Positions 43,370 to 52,915 of a DNA stretch of 64,000 nucleotides are shown here, piece by piece; the stretch's first letter is position 1; each line of letters starts with the position of its first letter. This stretch comes from Desulfovibrionaceae bacterium (GTDB lineage: Bacteria; Desulfobacterota; Desulfovibrionia; Desulfovibrionales; Desulfovibrionaceae). The stretch lies in assembly GCA_963674955.2 (NCBI GenBank), contig CAXXKR010000004.1, positions 1,017,804 to 1,081,803 of the forward strand, read 5' to 3'. The notes beneath the pieces are model-generated. The model ran no database searches and was not told the origin of the DNA. It saw only the letters and a list, made by a program, of their open reading frames with translations. The translations under genes were made by a program, and so were the position numbers.

Positions 43370-45014
43370 AAAATTCCTGACCCTCTATCCCTTGGGCGGG
43401 CTCGGCGAAATCGGGCGCAACTGCATGGTTCTTAAGACAAGGGAAACAATGGCTGTGGTGGACTGCGGACTCATGTTCCCCGACGACTACCTCTACGAGT
43501 GGACATCGCCATCCCCCGCTTCGACATGATCATCAAAAACAAAGACATCCTCAAAGGCATCGTCCTGACCCACGGCCATGAGGACCACATCGGAGCCCTG
43601 CCCTGGCTGCTGCCATATGTGGACGCCCCGGTCTACGGTTCGCGGTTTACCCTCGGACTGGTGGAAAACAAGCTTCGTGAGCACGATCTCCTGAACTATG
43701 TCGATTTGAGGGAAGTCAAACCCAATGAACGAGTCCAGCTGGGCGATCTGGCCTTCAACTTCTTTCCGGTCTGCCATTCCGTGATCAAGGGCTACGGGCT
43801 GGGCATCGAGACCCCTGTGGGCCGCATGGTGCACACCGGGGATTTCAAGATCGACAGAAACCCACTGGACGGCCACGCCACAGACCTCAAGGCCTTCAAG
43901 AAATTTTCGGAACCGGGCGTCAAGCTGCTCATGTCCGATTCGACCAATGTGGAGCGTGAAGGCTTTGCCCTGACGGAGAGGGAAATCAAGTCCAGTCTGC
44001 GGGAAATATTCTGCCAGCCCCACGGACGCATCCTGGTCACCCTCTTTTCCAGCCACATCCAGCGCATGCAGGAAATATTCGATCTGGCGGAAGCAGCCAA
44101 CAGAAAGGTCGGGGTCAGCGGCAAGAGCCTGCTCCGAAACATCGAACTGGCCAGGGAACTCGGCTACCTCAAGGTTCCCGGCAACACACTCATAAACGTT
44201 GACGAGATCAACAACTACGCCGACGACCAACTCGTCCTGCTCCTGACCGGATCCCAGGGCGAACCACTGTCCGCCCTGACGCGCATCTCCCAGGACGAAC
44301 ACAGGCAGGTCTCCATCAAGCCGGGCGATCTGGTGCTCTTGTCCTCGCGCTTCATCCCCGGAAACGTCCGGGCCATCACGAAACTCATCGACCGGCTCTA
44401 CAAGCTGGGCGCGGAGGTGTTTTACGAAAGGGTCCAGGCCATCCACGCTTCGGGCCACGCCCACCGCGAAGAACTGAGAATCATGCTGGACACGGTCAAA
44501 CCGACCTATTTCATCCCGGTTCATGGCGAATACCGCCACCTTGTCAAACACAAGCGGCTGGCGGAGGAAAGCGGAATCGCCGAGGAAAGGGCCATCCTCC
44601 TCGAAGACGGAATGCCCGTGACCTTTTTAGAACAGGGAGTGAGATTCGAGGAAGCCGTCTCGGCGGACATGATCCTGGTGGACGGAAAAGGCGTGGGCGA
44701 CGTAGGCCAGGCGGTTCTCAAGGAACGCCAGCTTCTGGCCGGGGAAGGCATGGTCATCGTCCTGCTGGTCGTCGACAAGGCCACGGGCGAAATAACCCTG
44801 GGACCGGATATCGTCTCCAAGGGCTTCGTCTTTGAACAGGATTATTCGCACCTGCTTGGAAGACGCCAAATGCATAGTGTTGGACGTATTCGAGAACATC
44901 GCGCCCGGAGAGACGAAAAAGCTCAAGGAAAAGATACGCTCGGCCCTGCGCCGCTTTTTCCGCAAGGTTCTGGACCGCGATCCCGTGGTGGTTCCGCTGG
45001 TCATTACAATGTAG
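43356..45014 (+). pseudogene. rnj: Ribonuclease J, reading frame interrupted by two 1-nt frameshifts
   Basis: The gene reads in three pieces:
- Piece 1 (from 43356): MSEAEKFLTLYPLGGLGEIGRNCMVLKTRETMAVVDCGLMFPDDYLY, then a stop at 43527-43529.
- Piece 2 (from 43499, shifted frame): VDIAIPRFDMII...GIVLTHGHEDHIGALPWLL ... GFVFEQDYSHLL.
- Piece 3 (from about 44859, back in the first frame): EDAKCIVLDVFENIAPGETKK...VVVPLVITM, stop at 45014.
Together they form a full-length RNase J. Confidence 0.75.
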
Positions 45015-45164
45015 CGGTTCTCGATTTTTTTCCTTGCCTTTTTTATGTTATAACCGTAGAAGTTTCTGTTTCAAAATTCACACATCTCGGATGGACCCTG
45101 GGTAACCCCAGTGAATCGGGGCGGTTCATAATTACCGGGATGGAGGAAAAACCCAGGAGGAATA

Positions 45165-46112
45165 ATGGCTTACATCAGCATGAAACAAATGCTGGAGACC
45201 GGTGTTCATTTCGGTCACCAGACCCGCCGCTGGAATCCCAAGATGCGCCCATACATATTCGGGGCCCGCAACGGAATCCACATCATGGACCTGCAGCAAA
45301 CCGTCAAGCTCTTTCAGACCGCCCACGACTACGTTGTCGACGCGGTGGCCAAGGGCGGAAAGGTCCTGTTCATCGGCACCAAGCGCCAGGCCCAGGAGGC
45401 CTTCAAGACCGAGGCGGCCCGAAGCGGGATGTACTATGTCACACACCGCTGGATGGGCGGCACACTGACCAACTTCCAGACCATCAAGCACAGCATCGAC
45501 CGCCTCAAGACCCTTGAAGAGATGTTCGAGGACGGTTCCATCAGCAAATTTCCCAAAAAAGAAATCGTCTGCATGAATCGCGAGGTCAAGAAGCTCAATA
45601 ACGCCCTAGGCGGAATCAAGGACATGACCGAACCGCCCAAGGTCGCCTTCATGGTCGACCCCAAGCGCGAACACATCGCGGTCATGGAATGCCGCAAACT
45701 GGGCATCCCCATTGTCGCGGTCGTCGACTCCAACTGCGATCCGGACGTGATCGACTACATCATACCGGGCAACGACGACGCCATCAGGGCCATCAAGCTC
45801 TTTGCAACCCACATGGCCGATGCCTGCATCGAAGGCGCGGCCCTTTATGAAGAATACAAGGCCGGTGAGGCCAAGAAGGCTGCCGAAGAAAGCAAGAAGG
45901 CCGCTGAAGAGGCCAAGAAAGCCGAGGCCGAGGCCAAGAAGTCGGAAAAGCCCAAGAAGGCCGCTCCCCCAAAGCCTGGTCCCAAGAAGGCCGCCCCCAA
46001 AAAGGAAGCCAAGGCTGAAGACAAGCCCAAGGCCAAAGAAGAAAAGAAAGCTGAAGCCGAGCCCAAGGCCGAAGCCAAGGAAACCGAGACAAAGACCCAG
46101 GAGGACGCTTAA
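45165..46112 (+). CDS. rpsB: 30S ribosomal protein S2 with K/A/E-rich C-terminal extension
   Basis: [39 protein letters not shown] is canonical S2. About 85 aa of AKKAAEE/KPK low-complexity tail follow. Confidence 0.95.
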   Translation: MAYISMKQMLETGVHFGHQTRRWNPKMRPYIFGARNGIHIMDLQQTVKLFQTAHDYVVDAVAKGGKVLFIGTKRQAQEAFKTEAARSGMYYVTHRWMGGTLTNFQTIKHSIDRLKTLEEMFEDGSISKFPKKEIVCMNREVKKLNNALGGIKDMTEPPKVAFMVDPKREHIAVMECRKLGIPIVAVVDSNCDPDVIDYIIPGNDDAIRAIKLFATHMADACIEGAALYEEYKAGEAKKAAEESKKAAEEAKKAEAEAKKSEKPKKAAPPKPGPKKAAPKKEAKAEDKPKAKEEKKAEAEPKAEAKETETKTQEDA

Positions 46113-46724
46113 ATGGCTATCAGCGCTCAAATGGTAAAAGGCCTGCGCGAAAAGACCGGCGCGGGCATGATGGACTGCAAAAAGGCTCTTGTGGAATCCG
46201 GCGGCGACGAGGAAAAGGCCATCGCCTACCTGAGGGAGAAAGGTCTTTCCAAGGCCGCCAAGAAGTCCGGCAGGGCCACTTCCCAGGGCATAGTCGGCTC
46301 CTACATCCATTCCAACGGCAAGATCGGCGTCATGGTCGAGCTCAAGTGCGAGACCGACTTCGTGGCCAAGAACGAGAAGTTCCAGGAACTGGCCAAGGAC
46401 TTGGCCATGCAGGTCGCGGCCACCAACCCCCTTTGCGTGAACCCCGAGGAGCTTCCCCAGGACGTTCTGGAAAAGGAAAGGGAAATTTACAAGAATCAGG
46501 CGATGGAAGAGGGCAAACCTGAAAACATAGCCGAGAAGATCGTCGAAGGACGCATCAGCAAATACTACAAGGAAGTCTGCCTCATCGAACAGCCTTTCAT
46601 CAAGGAAGACAAGAAATCCATCAGGGACTTGTTGAACGAGACCATCGCCGTACTGGGCGAAAACATGCAAATCGGTCGATTCACCCGTTTTGAACTGGGC
46701 GAAGACGCCGAAGGCGAAGAATAA
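46113..46724 (+). CDS. tsf: Elongation factor Ts
   Basis: [42 protein letters not shown] is the canonical EF-Ts N-terminus. It follows rpsB directly. Confidence 0.95.
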   Translation: MAISAQMVKGLREKTGAGMMDCKKALVESGGDEEKAIAYLREKGLSKAAKKSGRATSQGIVGSYIHSNGKIGVMVELKCETDFVAKNEKFQELAKDLAMQVAATNPLCVNPEELPQDVLEKEREIYKNQAMEEGKPENIAEKIVEGRISKYYKEVCLIEQPFIKEDKKSIRDLLNETIAVLGENMQIGRFTRFELGEDAEGEE

Positions 46725-46728
46725 TAAA

Positions 46729-46753
46729 ACGGGCCGAACGGCCCGTTTTTTTT
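46729..46753 (+). terminator. Intrinsic terminator after tsf
   Basis: ACGGGCC-GAAC-GGCCCGT followed by TTTTTTTT. Confidence 0.85.
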
Positions 46754-46774
46754 ATAGAACATCGGGGAAGGGAT

Positions 46775-47497
46775 ATGGACAAACTGCGCTATTCGCGGGT
46801 AATGATCAAGTTGAGCGGCGAGGCTCTGGCCGGAAACCAAAAGTTCGGCATCGAACCCAAGGCAATCGGCAAGTTCTGCAAAGAAATCGCCGAAGTCGCC
46901 AAATCCGGTTTACAGATAGCCCTGGTAATCGGAGGCGGAAACATATTCCGCGGAATGCACGCATCCTCGCAGGGAATGGACAGGGTCTCGGCCGACTACA
47001 TGGGCATGCTGGCCACGGTCATGAACGCGCTGGCGGTTCAGGACGCGCTGGAGAAACTCGGTTGCGACACACGGGTAATGACCGCCTTCGACATGAAGGA
47101 AGTGGCCGAACCGTATATCCGCAGAAGAGCCGAGAGGCATCTTGAAAAAGGACGCGTGGTCATCTGCGCAGCCGGAACCGGAAACCCCTATTTTACTACG
47201 GATACGGCCGCCGCTCTCAGGGCCATGGAACTCAAGGCCGAAGCCCTGCTCAAGGCCACCAAGGTGGACGGGGTTTACGACAAAGACCCTTCCAAGTATA
47301 ACGACGCGAAAAAGTACGACAAGGTTACCTACCTGGAGGCCCTGGAAAAGAGGCTCGGCGTCATGGACGCAACAGCCATCTCCCTGGCCCGGGAAAACAA
47401 TATGCCCATTATCGTTTTCAACTTGTTTACTGAGGGAAATATCCATAGGGTAACCACCGGCGAGAAGGTGGGAACCATTGTTCAAGGAGGAGACTAA
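46775..47497 (+). CDS. pyrH: UMP kinase
   Basis: [41 protein letters not shown] and [21 protein letters not shown] match PyrH. Confidence 0.95.
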   Translation: MDKLRYSRVMIKLSGEALAGNQKFGIEPKAIGKFCKEIAEVAKSGLQIALVIGGGNIFRGMHASSQGMDRVSADYMGMLATVMNALAVQDALEKLGCDTRVMTAFDMKEVAEPYIRRRAERHLEKGRVVICAAGTGNPYFTTDTAAALRAMELKAEALLKATKVDGVYDKDPSKYNDAKKYDKVTYLEALEKRLGVMDATAISLARENNMPIIVFNLFTEGNIHRVTTGEKVGTIVQGGD

Positions 47498-47499
47498 TC

Positions 47500-48054
47500 A
47501 TGCAATCGGTTATGGACGACGGGAAAAAACGCATGGCGGGCGCCATCGCCAGCCTTGAGGGTGATTTTGAAAAGCTAAGGACCGGACGTGCATCCACCTC
47601 TCTGGTGGACAACCTGACCGTGGACTACTACGGCACGCCAACCCCCCTGAACCAGCTTGCCTCCGTCTCTGTTCCCGACCCCCGCAGCATTACAATCCAG
47701 CCTTGGGACAAGGGCGCGTTCAGCGAGGTTGAAAAGGCCATCATGAAATCCGACCTGGGCCTGAACCCCGTAAATGACGGCAAACTTATCCGCATCAACA
47801 TCCCGGCCCTGACCGAGGAACGCCGCAAGGAACTGGTCAAGCTGGCCAAGAAATACACCGAAGAGGCCAAGGTGGCTGTCCGCAACGTCAGGCGCGACAT
47901 GAACGAATCCTTCAAGAGGATGCTCAAGGACAAGGAAATCACCGAGGACGAGCAGCACAACGCCGGCGACGACGTGCAAAAATTGACCGACGACTATGTG
48001 GCCAAATGCGATTCAGCCCTGGGCAAAAAAGAAAAGGAAATCCTTGAAATCTAG
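47500..48054 (+). CDS. frr: Ribosome recycling factor
   Basis: [46 protein letters not shown] and [14 protein letters not shown] match Frr. Confidence 0.95.
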   Translation: MQSVMDDGKKRMAGAIASLEGDFEKLRTGRASTSLVDNLTVDYYGTPTPLNQLASVSVPDPRSITIQPWDKGAFSEVEKAIMKSDLGLNPVNDGKLIRINIPALTEERRKELVKLAKKYTEEAKVAVRNVRRDMNESFKRMLKDKEITEDEQHNAGDDVQKLTDDYVAKCDSALGKKEKEILEI

Positions 48055-48055
48055 G

Positions 48056-48781
48056 ATGGCCCCCAATCATATAGCCATCATAATGGATGGCAACGGCAGG
48101 TGGGCGCAGGCGCGGGGACTGAACAGAAACGACGGCCACAAGGCGGGAACCGAAGCCGCAATGGCCGTTGTGCGCAGATGCCGCGAACTCGGCGTGGGCC
48201 ACCTGACGCTCTACACTTTCTCCAAGGAAAACTGGTCAAGGCCCAAAACAGAAGTGGTCTATCTCTTTGAATTGCTGTCCAAGTTCCTCAAACAGGAAAC
48301 CCGCAACCTCCTGGATCAGGACATCCGCCTGAACGTGTTGGGGGAGATCAACGACCTACCCCTTGGGGCTCGACAGATCGTCAGCCATGTCTGCTCCAAG
48401 ACCAGCCATTGCCGCTCCATGACGCTCAACCTGGCCCTGAACTATTCCAGCCGGGAGGAGATACTGCGAGCCTGCCGCAACCTTGCGTCCAAAGGGCTGG
48501 GAGAAGACGAAATCAACGAGGAGGCCTTCGCTGCCGAGCTCTACACTTCGGGCCAGCCCGACCCGGACCTGATAATCAGAACCAGCGGGGAACTGAGACT
48601 TTCCAACTTTTTGCTCTTCCAGGCCGCTTACTCCGAGTTCTACTTCACGGAAACCTACTGGCCGGACTTTTCGCCGCAGGAACTGGACAAGGCCATCGAC
48701 GATTTCACTGGCCGCCAGCGCCGCTTCGGCAAAACCGGCGACCAGTGCCTTTCTTCGGAACAGGACAACCCGGAAGAGTGA
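48056..48781 (+). CDS. uppS: Undecaprenyl diphosphate synthase
   Basis: HIAIIMDGNGRWA, LTLYTFSKENWSRP, and IRTSGELRLSNFLLFQAAYSEFYF match UppS. The start is at ATG 48056; the track ORF from 47996 overlaps frr. Confidence 0.9.
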   Translation: MAPNHIAIIMDGNGRWAQARGLNRNDGHKAGTEAAMAVVRRCRELGVGHLTLYTFSKENWSRPKTEVVYLFELLSKFLKQETRNLLDQDIRLNVLGEINDLPLGARQIVSHVCSKTSHCRSMTLNLALNYSSREEILRACRNLASKGLGEDEINEEAFAAELYTSGQPDPDLIIRTSGELRLSNFLLFQAAYSEFYFTETYWPDFSPQELDKAIDDFTGRQRRFGKTGDQCLSSEQDNPEE

Positions 48782-48945
48782 CACAACCCCGGCGACCGAT
48801 TCACTACTCTTTGCAACTCTTCCTTACCTTCCGGGAACACGAACATTCTTCGTCCTGTCCGGGTTGCCCCCGGCAGGGGAATGGATTAAACCATTTCCCA
48901 TTGAGGGCGCTTTTCGTCAGCCACACTGAATCCACGGAATAGACA

Positions 48946-49743
48946 ATGGAAACCCACCAGAAAAGAGTCATCACCGCCGCCGCCGTTCTCACGCTGCCAA
49001 TAATTGCCATAATAATGCAGGGCTACGTATTGCTGGTCGTTCTGGCCATTTTTTGCGGAGCCGGACTATGGGAATATTACGGACTCTTCTGGTCCGGAGA
49101 CAAATTCAGGCGGACAAAAATCGGAGGCCTTATCTGCGCCGCCCTGCTCCTGGCGGCCCTCAGCCAGACCGACGGCAGGCTGGCCCTGGCCGCGCTTCTG
49201 GCGCTGTTCTGGGCCGTTAACATCTACTACCTGAAAAAATACGCCTCCAACCCCGAAGAAACGTCCTATTCGGACTGCCTGATACTTTTCAGCGGCCTCA
49301 TGTACATCCCCTTTTCCCTACACTTCACCCTGCATTTCCAGAGAGCCGAGATCATCCTGGTCCTGCTTGCCGCCTCGGTTTCCGACACTGCCGCATACTA
49401 TGCCGGTTCCTGGCTGGGAAAGAAAAAAGTCTGGCCGGTTATCAGCCCCAACAAGACAATCGCCGGAAGCGTGGGCGGATTCATGGCCTGCGTTCTCTGC
49501 ACGCTCATCCTGGGCCTGAGCCTGGGCGACTCTCCCTGGTGGTCCTGGATCATCCTGGGCGCCGTGCTCAATATGGCCGCCCAGCTCGGTGATTTCTTCG
49601 AATCCGCGTTGAAACGCAAGCTTTCGGTCAAGGACACGGGCTCCATCCTGCCCGGCCACGGCGGAGTCCTGGACCGAATGGACAGCCTGCTGTTCGTGGT
49701 TCCCGTCTTCGGCCTGGCCAAAATGTTCCACCCCTTTTTCTAA
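48946..49743 (+). CDS. cdsA: Phosphatidate cytidylyltransferase
   Basis: A multi-pass membrane protein carrying the CdsA signature SALKRKLSVKDTGSILPGHGGVLDRMDS. Confidence 0.85.
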   Translation: METHQKRVITAAAVLTLPIIAIIMQGYVLLVVLAIFCGAGLWEYYGLFWSGDKFRRTKIGGLICAALLLAALSQTDGRLALAALLALFWAVNIYYLKKYASNPEETSYSDCLILFSGLMYIPFSLHFTLHFQRAEIILVLLAASVSDTAAYYAGSWLGKKKVWPVISPNKTIAGSVGGFMACVLCTLILGLSLGDSPWWSWIILGAVLNMAAQLGDFFESALKRKLSVKDTGSILPGHGGVLDRMDSLLFVVPVFGLAKMFHPFF

Positions 49744-49764
49744 CCCCAATCCAGGACAGCATCC

Positions 49765-50961
49765 GTGAAAACATACATTTCGCCCTGGCCGGAAACAGCA
49801 GCCCTGCCCGATTTCCCGAGAAGCGTCTCCATCCTCGGCTCCACAGGTTCCATTGGAACCAGCGCACTGAACGTCATCGACCAGCATCCCGGAATGTTCA
49901 AGGTGGCGGCCCTGGCCGGCGGTCGCAACGCGGCCCGCCTGGCGCAGCAGGCCGACAAATACAAGCCCGGATATCTTGCGCTGCTCACGGATAAAGCCGC
50001 TGCGGAACTTAAAGCTGCGCTGCCCTCCGGATATTCGCCTAAAATACTGGTGGGCCCGGAAGCCTATGTGGCCCTTGCCGTTTTGCCGGAAGCGGACCTG
50101 ATCCTTTCAAGCATTGTCGGTGCGGCGGGTTTCGAGCCAACCCTGGCCGCCGCCAAGGCCGGCAAGGTCATCGCCCTGGCCAACAAGGAAAGCCTCGTAC
50201 TCGGCGGCAACCTGATCCGCAAGGCCTGCCACGAGTCCGGCGCGGTGATCCTTCCCGTGGATTCCGAACACAACGCCCTTTTCCAGGGATTGGCCGGACA
50301 TGGCGACGAGGTCAAACAATTGATCCTGACCGCCTCCGGCGGACCGTTCAGGGGCAGGGACCGCTCATTTCTGGAATCCGTGACCCTGAAACAGGCCCTG
50401 GATCATCCCAACTGGTCCATGGGACCGAAAATAACCATCGACTCCTCCACCCTGATGAACAAGGGGCTGGAGGTCATCGAAGCCTTTCACCTCTATGGCC
50501 TCGGCGTGGACAAGATCGACGTGGTCGTCCACCCCCAGAGCATAGTGCACTCCCTTGTGGAATACGTGGACGGCTCACAGCTTGGGCATCTGGGCGTGCC
50601 GAACATGCAGATTCCGATCGCCTACTGCATGTGCTTTCCCAGGCGCGTGCCCCTGGAACTGAAACCCCTCAAGCTGTCCGAAGTGGGCACGCTGACCTTT
50701 GAAAAACCGGACCTGGACGCGTTTCCCTGCCTTAGGCTGGCGATGGAGGCATACGCCGCCGGGCCGAGCCACCCCATAGTCCTGAACGCGGTCAACGAAA
50801 TCGCCGTGGAACTTTTTCTGAATGAAAAAATCAAGTATCTTGACATACCGGGCATGATCGAAAAGGCCCTGGAGAATCACTCGCCCATGACCGTGGACAC
50901 CCTGGAATCCATTTTGGAGCTGGACGTGGCGGCCAGGGCGGAGGCCCGCGGACGGTCCTGA
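49765..50961 (+). CDS. dxr: 1-deoxy-D-xylulose 5-phosphate reductoisomerase
   Basis: ILGSTGSIGTSALNVI, LANKESLV, LPVDSEHNALFQ, LTASGGPFR and NWSMGPKITIDSSTLMNKGLEVIEA match Dxr. The start is GTG. Confidence 0.95.
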   Translation: MKTYISPWPETAALPDFPRSVSILGSTGSIGTSALNVIDQHPGMFKVAALAGGRNAARLAQQADKYKPGYLALLTDKAAAELKAALPSGYSPKILVGPEAYVALAVLPEADLILSSIVGAAGFEPTLAAAKAGKVIALANKESLVLGGNLIRKACHESGAVILPVDSEHNALFQGLAGHGDEVKQLILTASGGPFRGRDRSFLESVTLKQALDHPNWSMGPKITIDSSTLMNKGLEVIEAFHLYGLGVDKIDVVVHPQSIVHSLVEYVDGSQLGHLGVPNMQIPIAYCMCFPRRVPLELKPLKLSEVGTLTFEKPDLDAFPCLRLAMEAYAAGPSHPIVLNAVNEIAVELFLNEKIKYLDIPGMIEKALENHSPMTVDTLESILELDVAARAEARGRS

Positions 50962-51031
50962 TCAACGCCGCGAACCTTAAACCGAAACGGATGGGCCCAG
51001 CCATATGGGAGATAGGCCCATCGGGGAAAAC

Positions 51032-52099
51032 ATGATAACAAGCATAGTCGCAGTACTGCTCGTCCTTGGCGGGCTGATATTCTTTCACGAACTGGGTCAT
51101 TTCCTGGTGGCCCGCATCCAGGGCATCGGAGTGAAAACCTTTTCCCTGGGCTGGGGGCCCAAGCTGGTCGGCTTCAAGCGCGGCCTGACCGAATACAGGA
51201 TTTCCATCATTCCCATCGGCGGCTTCGTGAGCCTGGCGGGAGAAAATCCCGACACGGAAGAGGATAATGGCGATTTTCCCGATTCCACCCTGTTCAAACT
51301 CAGGCCCGCCTGGCAGCGAATGCTGGTGGTGGCCGCAGGTCCGGTCTTCAACCTGCTTCTGGCTTGGCTCATCTACTGGGTGCTGATCCTCTCTCAGGGC
51401 CAAACGGCCATGCTGCCCACAGTGGGCAAGATATTGCCCGAAAGCCCCGCCCTGGCCTCCGGCTTCCAGACCGGGGACCGCATTCTCAAGTCGGACGGAC
51501 TGGCCATAGAATATTGGGGAGACCTTGTGGAGGCCATCCAGGAAAACACCGGACAGGTCATGCGTTTCGAGGTGCAACGCGGCCAGGAAATCCTGAACAT
51601 CAACGTGCAGCCCAAAATCAGCATGCGCAAGAACATCTTCGGCGAGGAAAAACGGGTGCCCATGATCGGCATCCAAGTCGCCGGGGAAACCGTCACCCTG
51701 CCCCTGGAAGGCGTCGGGGCCTTGGCGGCCCTGGAACAGACCTGGGTAGTGACCAAGCTCACCATCCAAGGCTTCGTCAAGATCATCGAACGGGTCATAC
51801 CGCTGGAGACCCTCGGCGGTCCCATACTCATCGCCCAGATCGTGGGAGAAAGCGCCCAATCGGGCCTGGCCGACATCCTGGCCCTGGCCGCGCTCATCAG
51901 CATCAATCTGGCCATCATAAACCTGCTGCCCATACCCGTGCTGGACGGCGGTCATATCCTGTATTTCGGACTGGAAATGATCTTCAAGAAACCCATCAGC
52001 GAACGCTGGCGGAATATCGCGACACGCATCGGCATCGCCTTTTTGCTGATGCTGATGTCCCTGGCCATTTACAATGACCTGCAAAGAATCTTCAGCTGA
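51032..52099 (+). CDS. rseP: RIP metalloprotease RseP (site-2 protease, M50)
   Basis: It has the HELGHF zinc motif in the first TM helix, a PDZ region (ASGFQTGDRILKSDG), and the C-terminal NLLPIPVLDGGH motif. The start is chosen at ATG 51032; the ORF extends to 51005. Confidence 0.85.
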   Translation: MITSIVAVLLVLGGLIFFHELGHFLVARIQGIGVKTFSLGWGPKLVGFKRGLTEYRISIIPIGGFVSLAGENPDTEEDNGDFPDSTLFKLRPAWQRMLVVAAGPVFNLLLAWLIYWVLILSQGQTAMLPTVGKILPESPALASGFQTGDRILKSDGLAIEYWGDLVEAIQENTGQVMRFEVQRGQEILNINVQPKISMRKNIFGEEKRVPMIGIQVAGETVTLPLEGVGALAALEQTWVVTKLTIQGFVKIIERVIPLETLGGPILIAQIVGESAQSGLADILALAALISINLAIINLLPIPVLDGGHILYFGLEMIFKKPISERWRNIATRIGIAFLLMLMSLAIYNDLQRIFS

Positions 52100-52865
52100 C
52101 CTCGGCGGCCTGCTGCTCTGCCTGAACGGGGTGGAGGAAAGGCTGCAGCTTGTGCTTGGCAGGCCCGGCCCTGACAAAATGGAACTGCTTGCGGCACAGG
52201 AATGGAACGTGCCCGGACAATCAGTGCGCTTTCTGGCGACGGGCATGGAGCAGACCCTGAAGCTCTTCGGCGTCGGCGTCGGGTCGATATCAAGGATCGC
52301 CTGCGTTCACGGTCCAGGCAGCTTCACGGGCCTGCGGCTCTCCCTGGCCTTTGCCGCAGGCATCTCGGCCGGGAGGGGCCAACTGCTGGCCGGGCTGGAC
52401 TATCTGCCCATCCTGGCCGCCGGACCCGCCCCGCTCCTGAAAGGCACACTGGTGGTGCTGACCCATTCCAGACGCAGGCAGGTCTACATCCAGTCCTTCA
52501 ACTGCCCGCAGGGACAACCCCTTTCACCTCTCGACGCCGTGTCCCTTGACGCTGCGCGGGAATCCATCGTCCAGGCCGAGGGCCCCGTCAGCCTGCTGGG
52601 CAGCGGCCTCAGGAACAACCTGGATTTCTTTTCCGGACTGGCGCAGGAGAGGGCCGACATTTCCATGCTGGGTCCGGAGTGGAACAGGACGCGCCCCGAA
52701 CTGCTGCTCAAGGCGGCGGAGAAGGCGCAATTCAGCCTGGACCCCATCGTCCCCCGCTATCTGCGCGAATCGGACGCTGAAGCCAACCTGGATCAGATCG
52801 CGGCCAAGCGCGGACTGGACCCGGAGGCCGCCCGCAGGATTCTGGACCAGAGCCGGGAAAAATAA
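52074..52865 (+). CDS. tsaB: tRNA t6A biosynthesis protein TsaB (YeaZ)
   Basis: IACVHGPGSFTGLRLSLAFAAGI is the TsaB/YeaZ signature. It overlaps the rseP end by 26 nt. Confidence 0.7.
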   Translation: MTCKESSADLGGLLLCLNGVEERLQLVLGRPGPDKMELLAAQEWNVPGQSVRFLATGMEQTLKLFGVGVGSISRIACVHGPGSFTGLRLSLAFAAGISAGRGQLLAGLDYLPILAAGPAPLLKGTLVVLTHSRRRQVYIQSFNCPQGQPLSPLDAVSLDAARESIVQAEGPVSLLGSGLRNNLDFFSGLAQERADISMLGPEWNRTRPELLLKAAEKAQFSLDPIVPRYLRESDAEANLDQIAAKRGLDPEAARRILDQSREK

Positions 52866-52890
52866 AAAAAGGCGATCTTCCGACCGCCTC
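52862..52890 (-). terminator. Intrinsic terminator after dnaA (minus strand)
   Basis: The minus strand reads GGCGGTC-GGAA-GATCGCC (one mismatch) followed by TTTTTTTATTTTT, about 25 nt downstream of the dnaA stop. Confidence 0.6.
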
Positions 52891-52915
52891 CCAATCTACC
52901 ATATCACTTGACGCC

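Noticed and set aside
43490-44865. Programmed ribosomal frameshifting as an explanation for the two frame changes in rnj.
   Set aside because: There is no slippery heptamer at junction 1 (CTCTACGAGTGG). There is no SD-like stimulator or stop-codon context at junction 2 (CTGCTTGGAAGAC). Two opposite-direction programmed shifts in one gene would be unprecedented. Indels in G runs are the simpler explanation.
43499-45517. A 672-aa plus-strand ORF that appears to fuse RNase J to sequence running into rpsB.
   Set aside because: After ...GFVFEQDYSHLL (about 44857) the translation becomes Arg/Pro/Gly-rich nonsense. The genuine RNase J C-terminus is in another frame (44859-45014), and rpsB has its own frame and RBS. 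The long ORF is a by-product of the frameshift.
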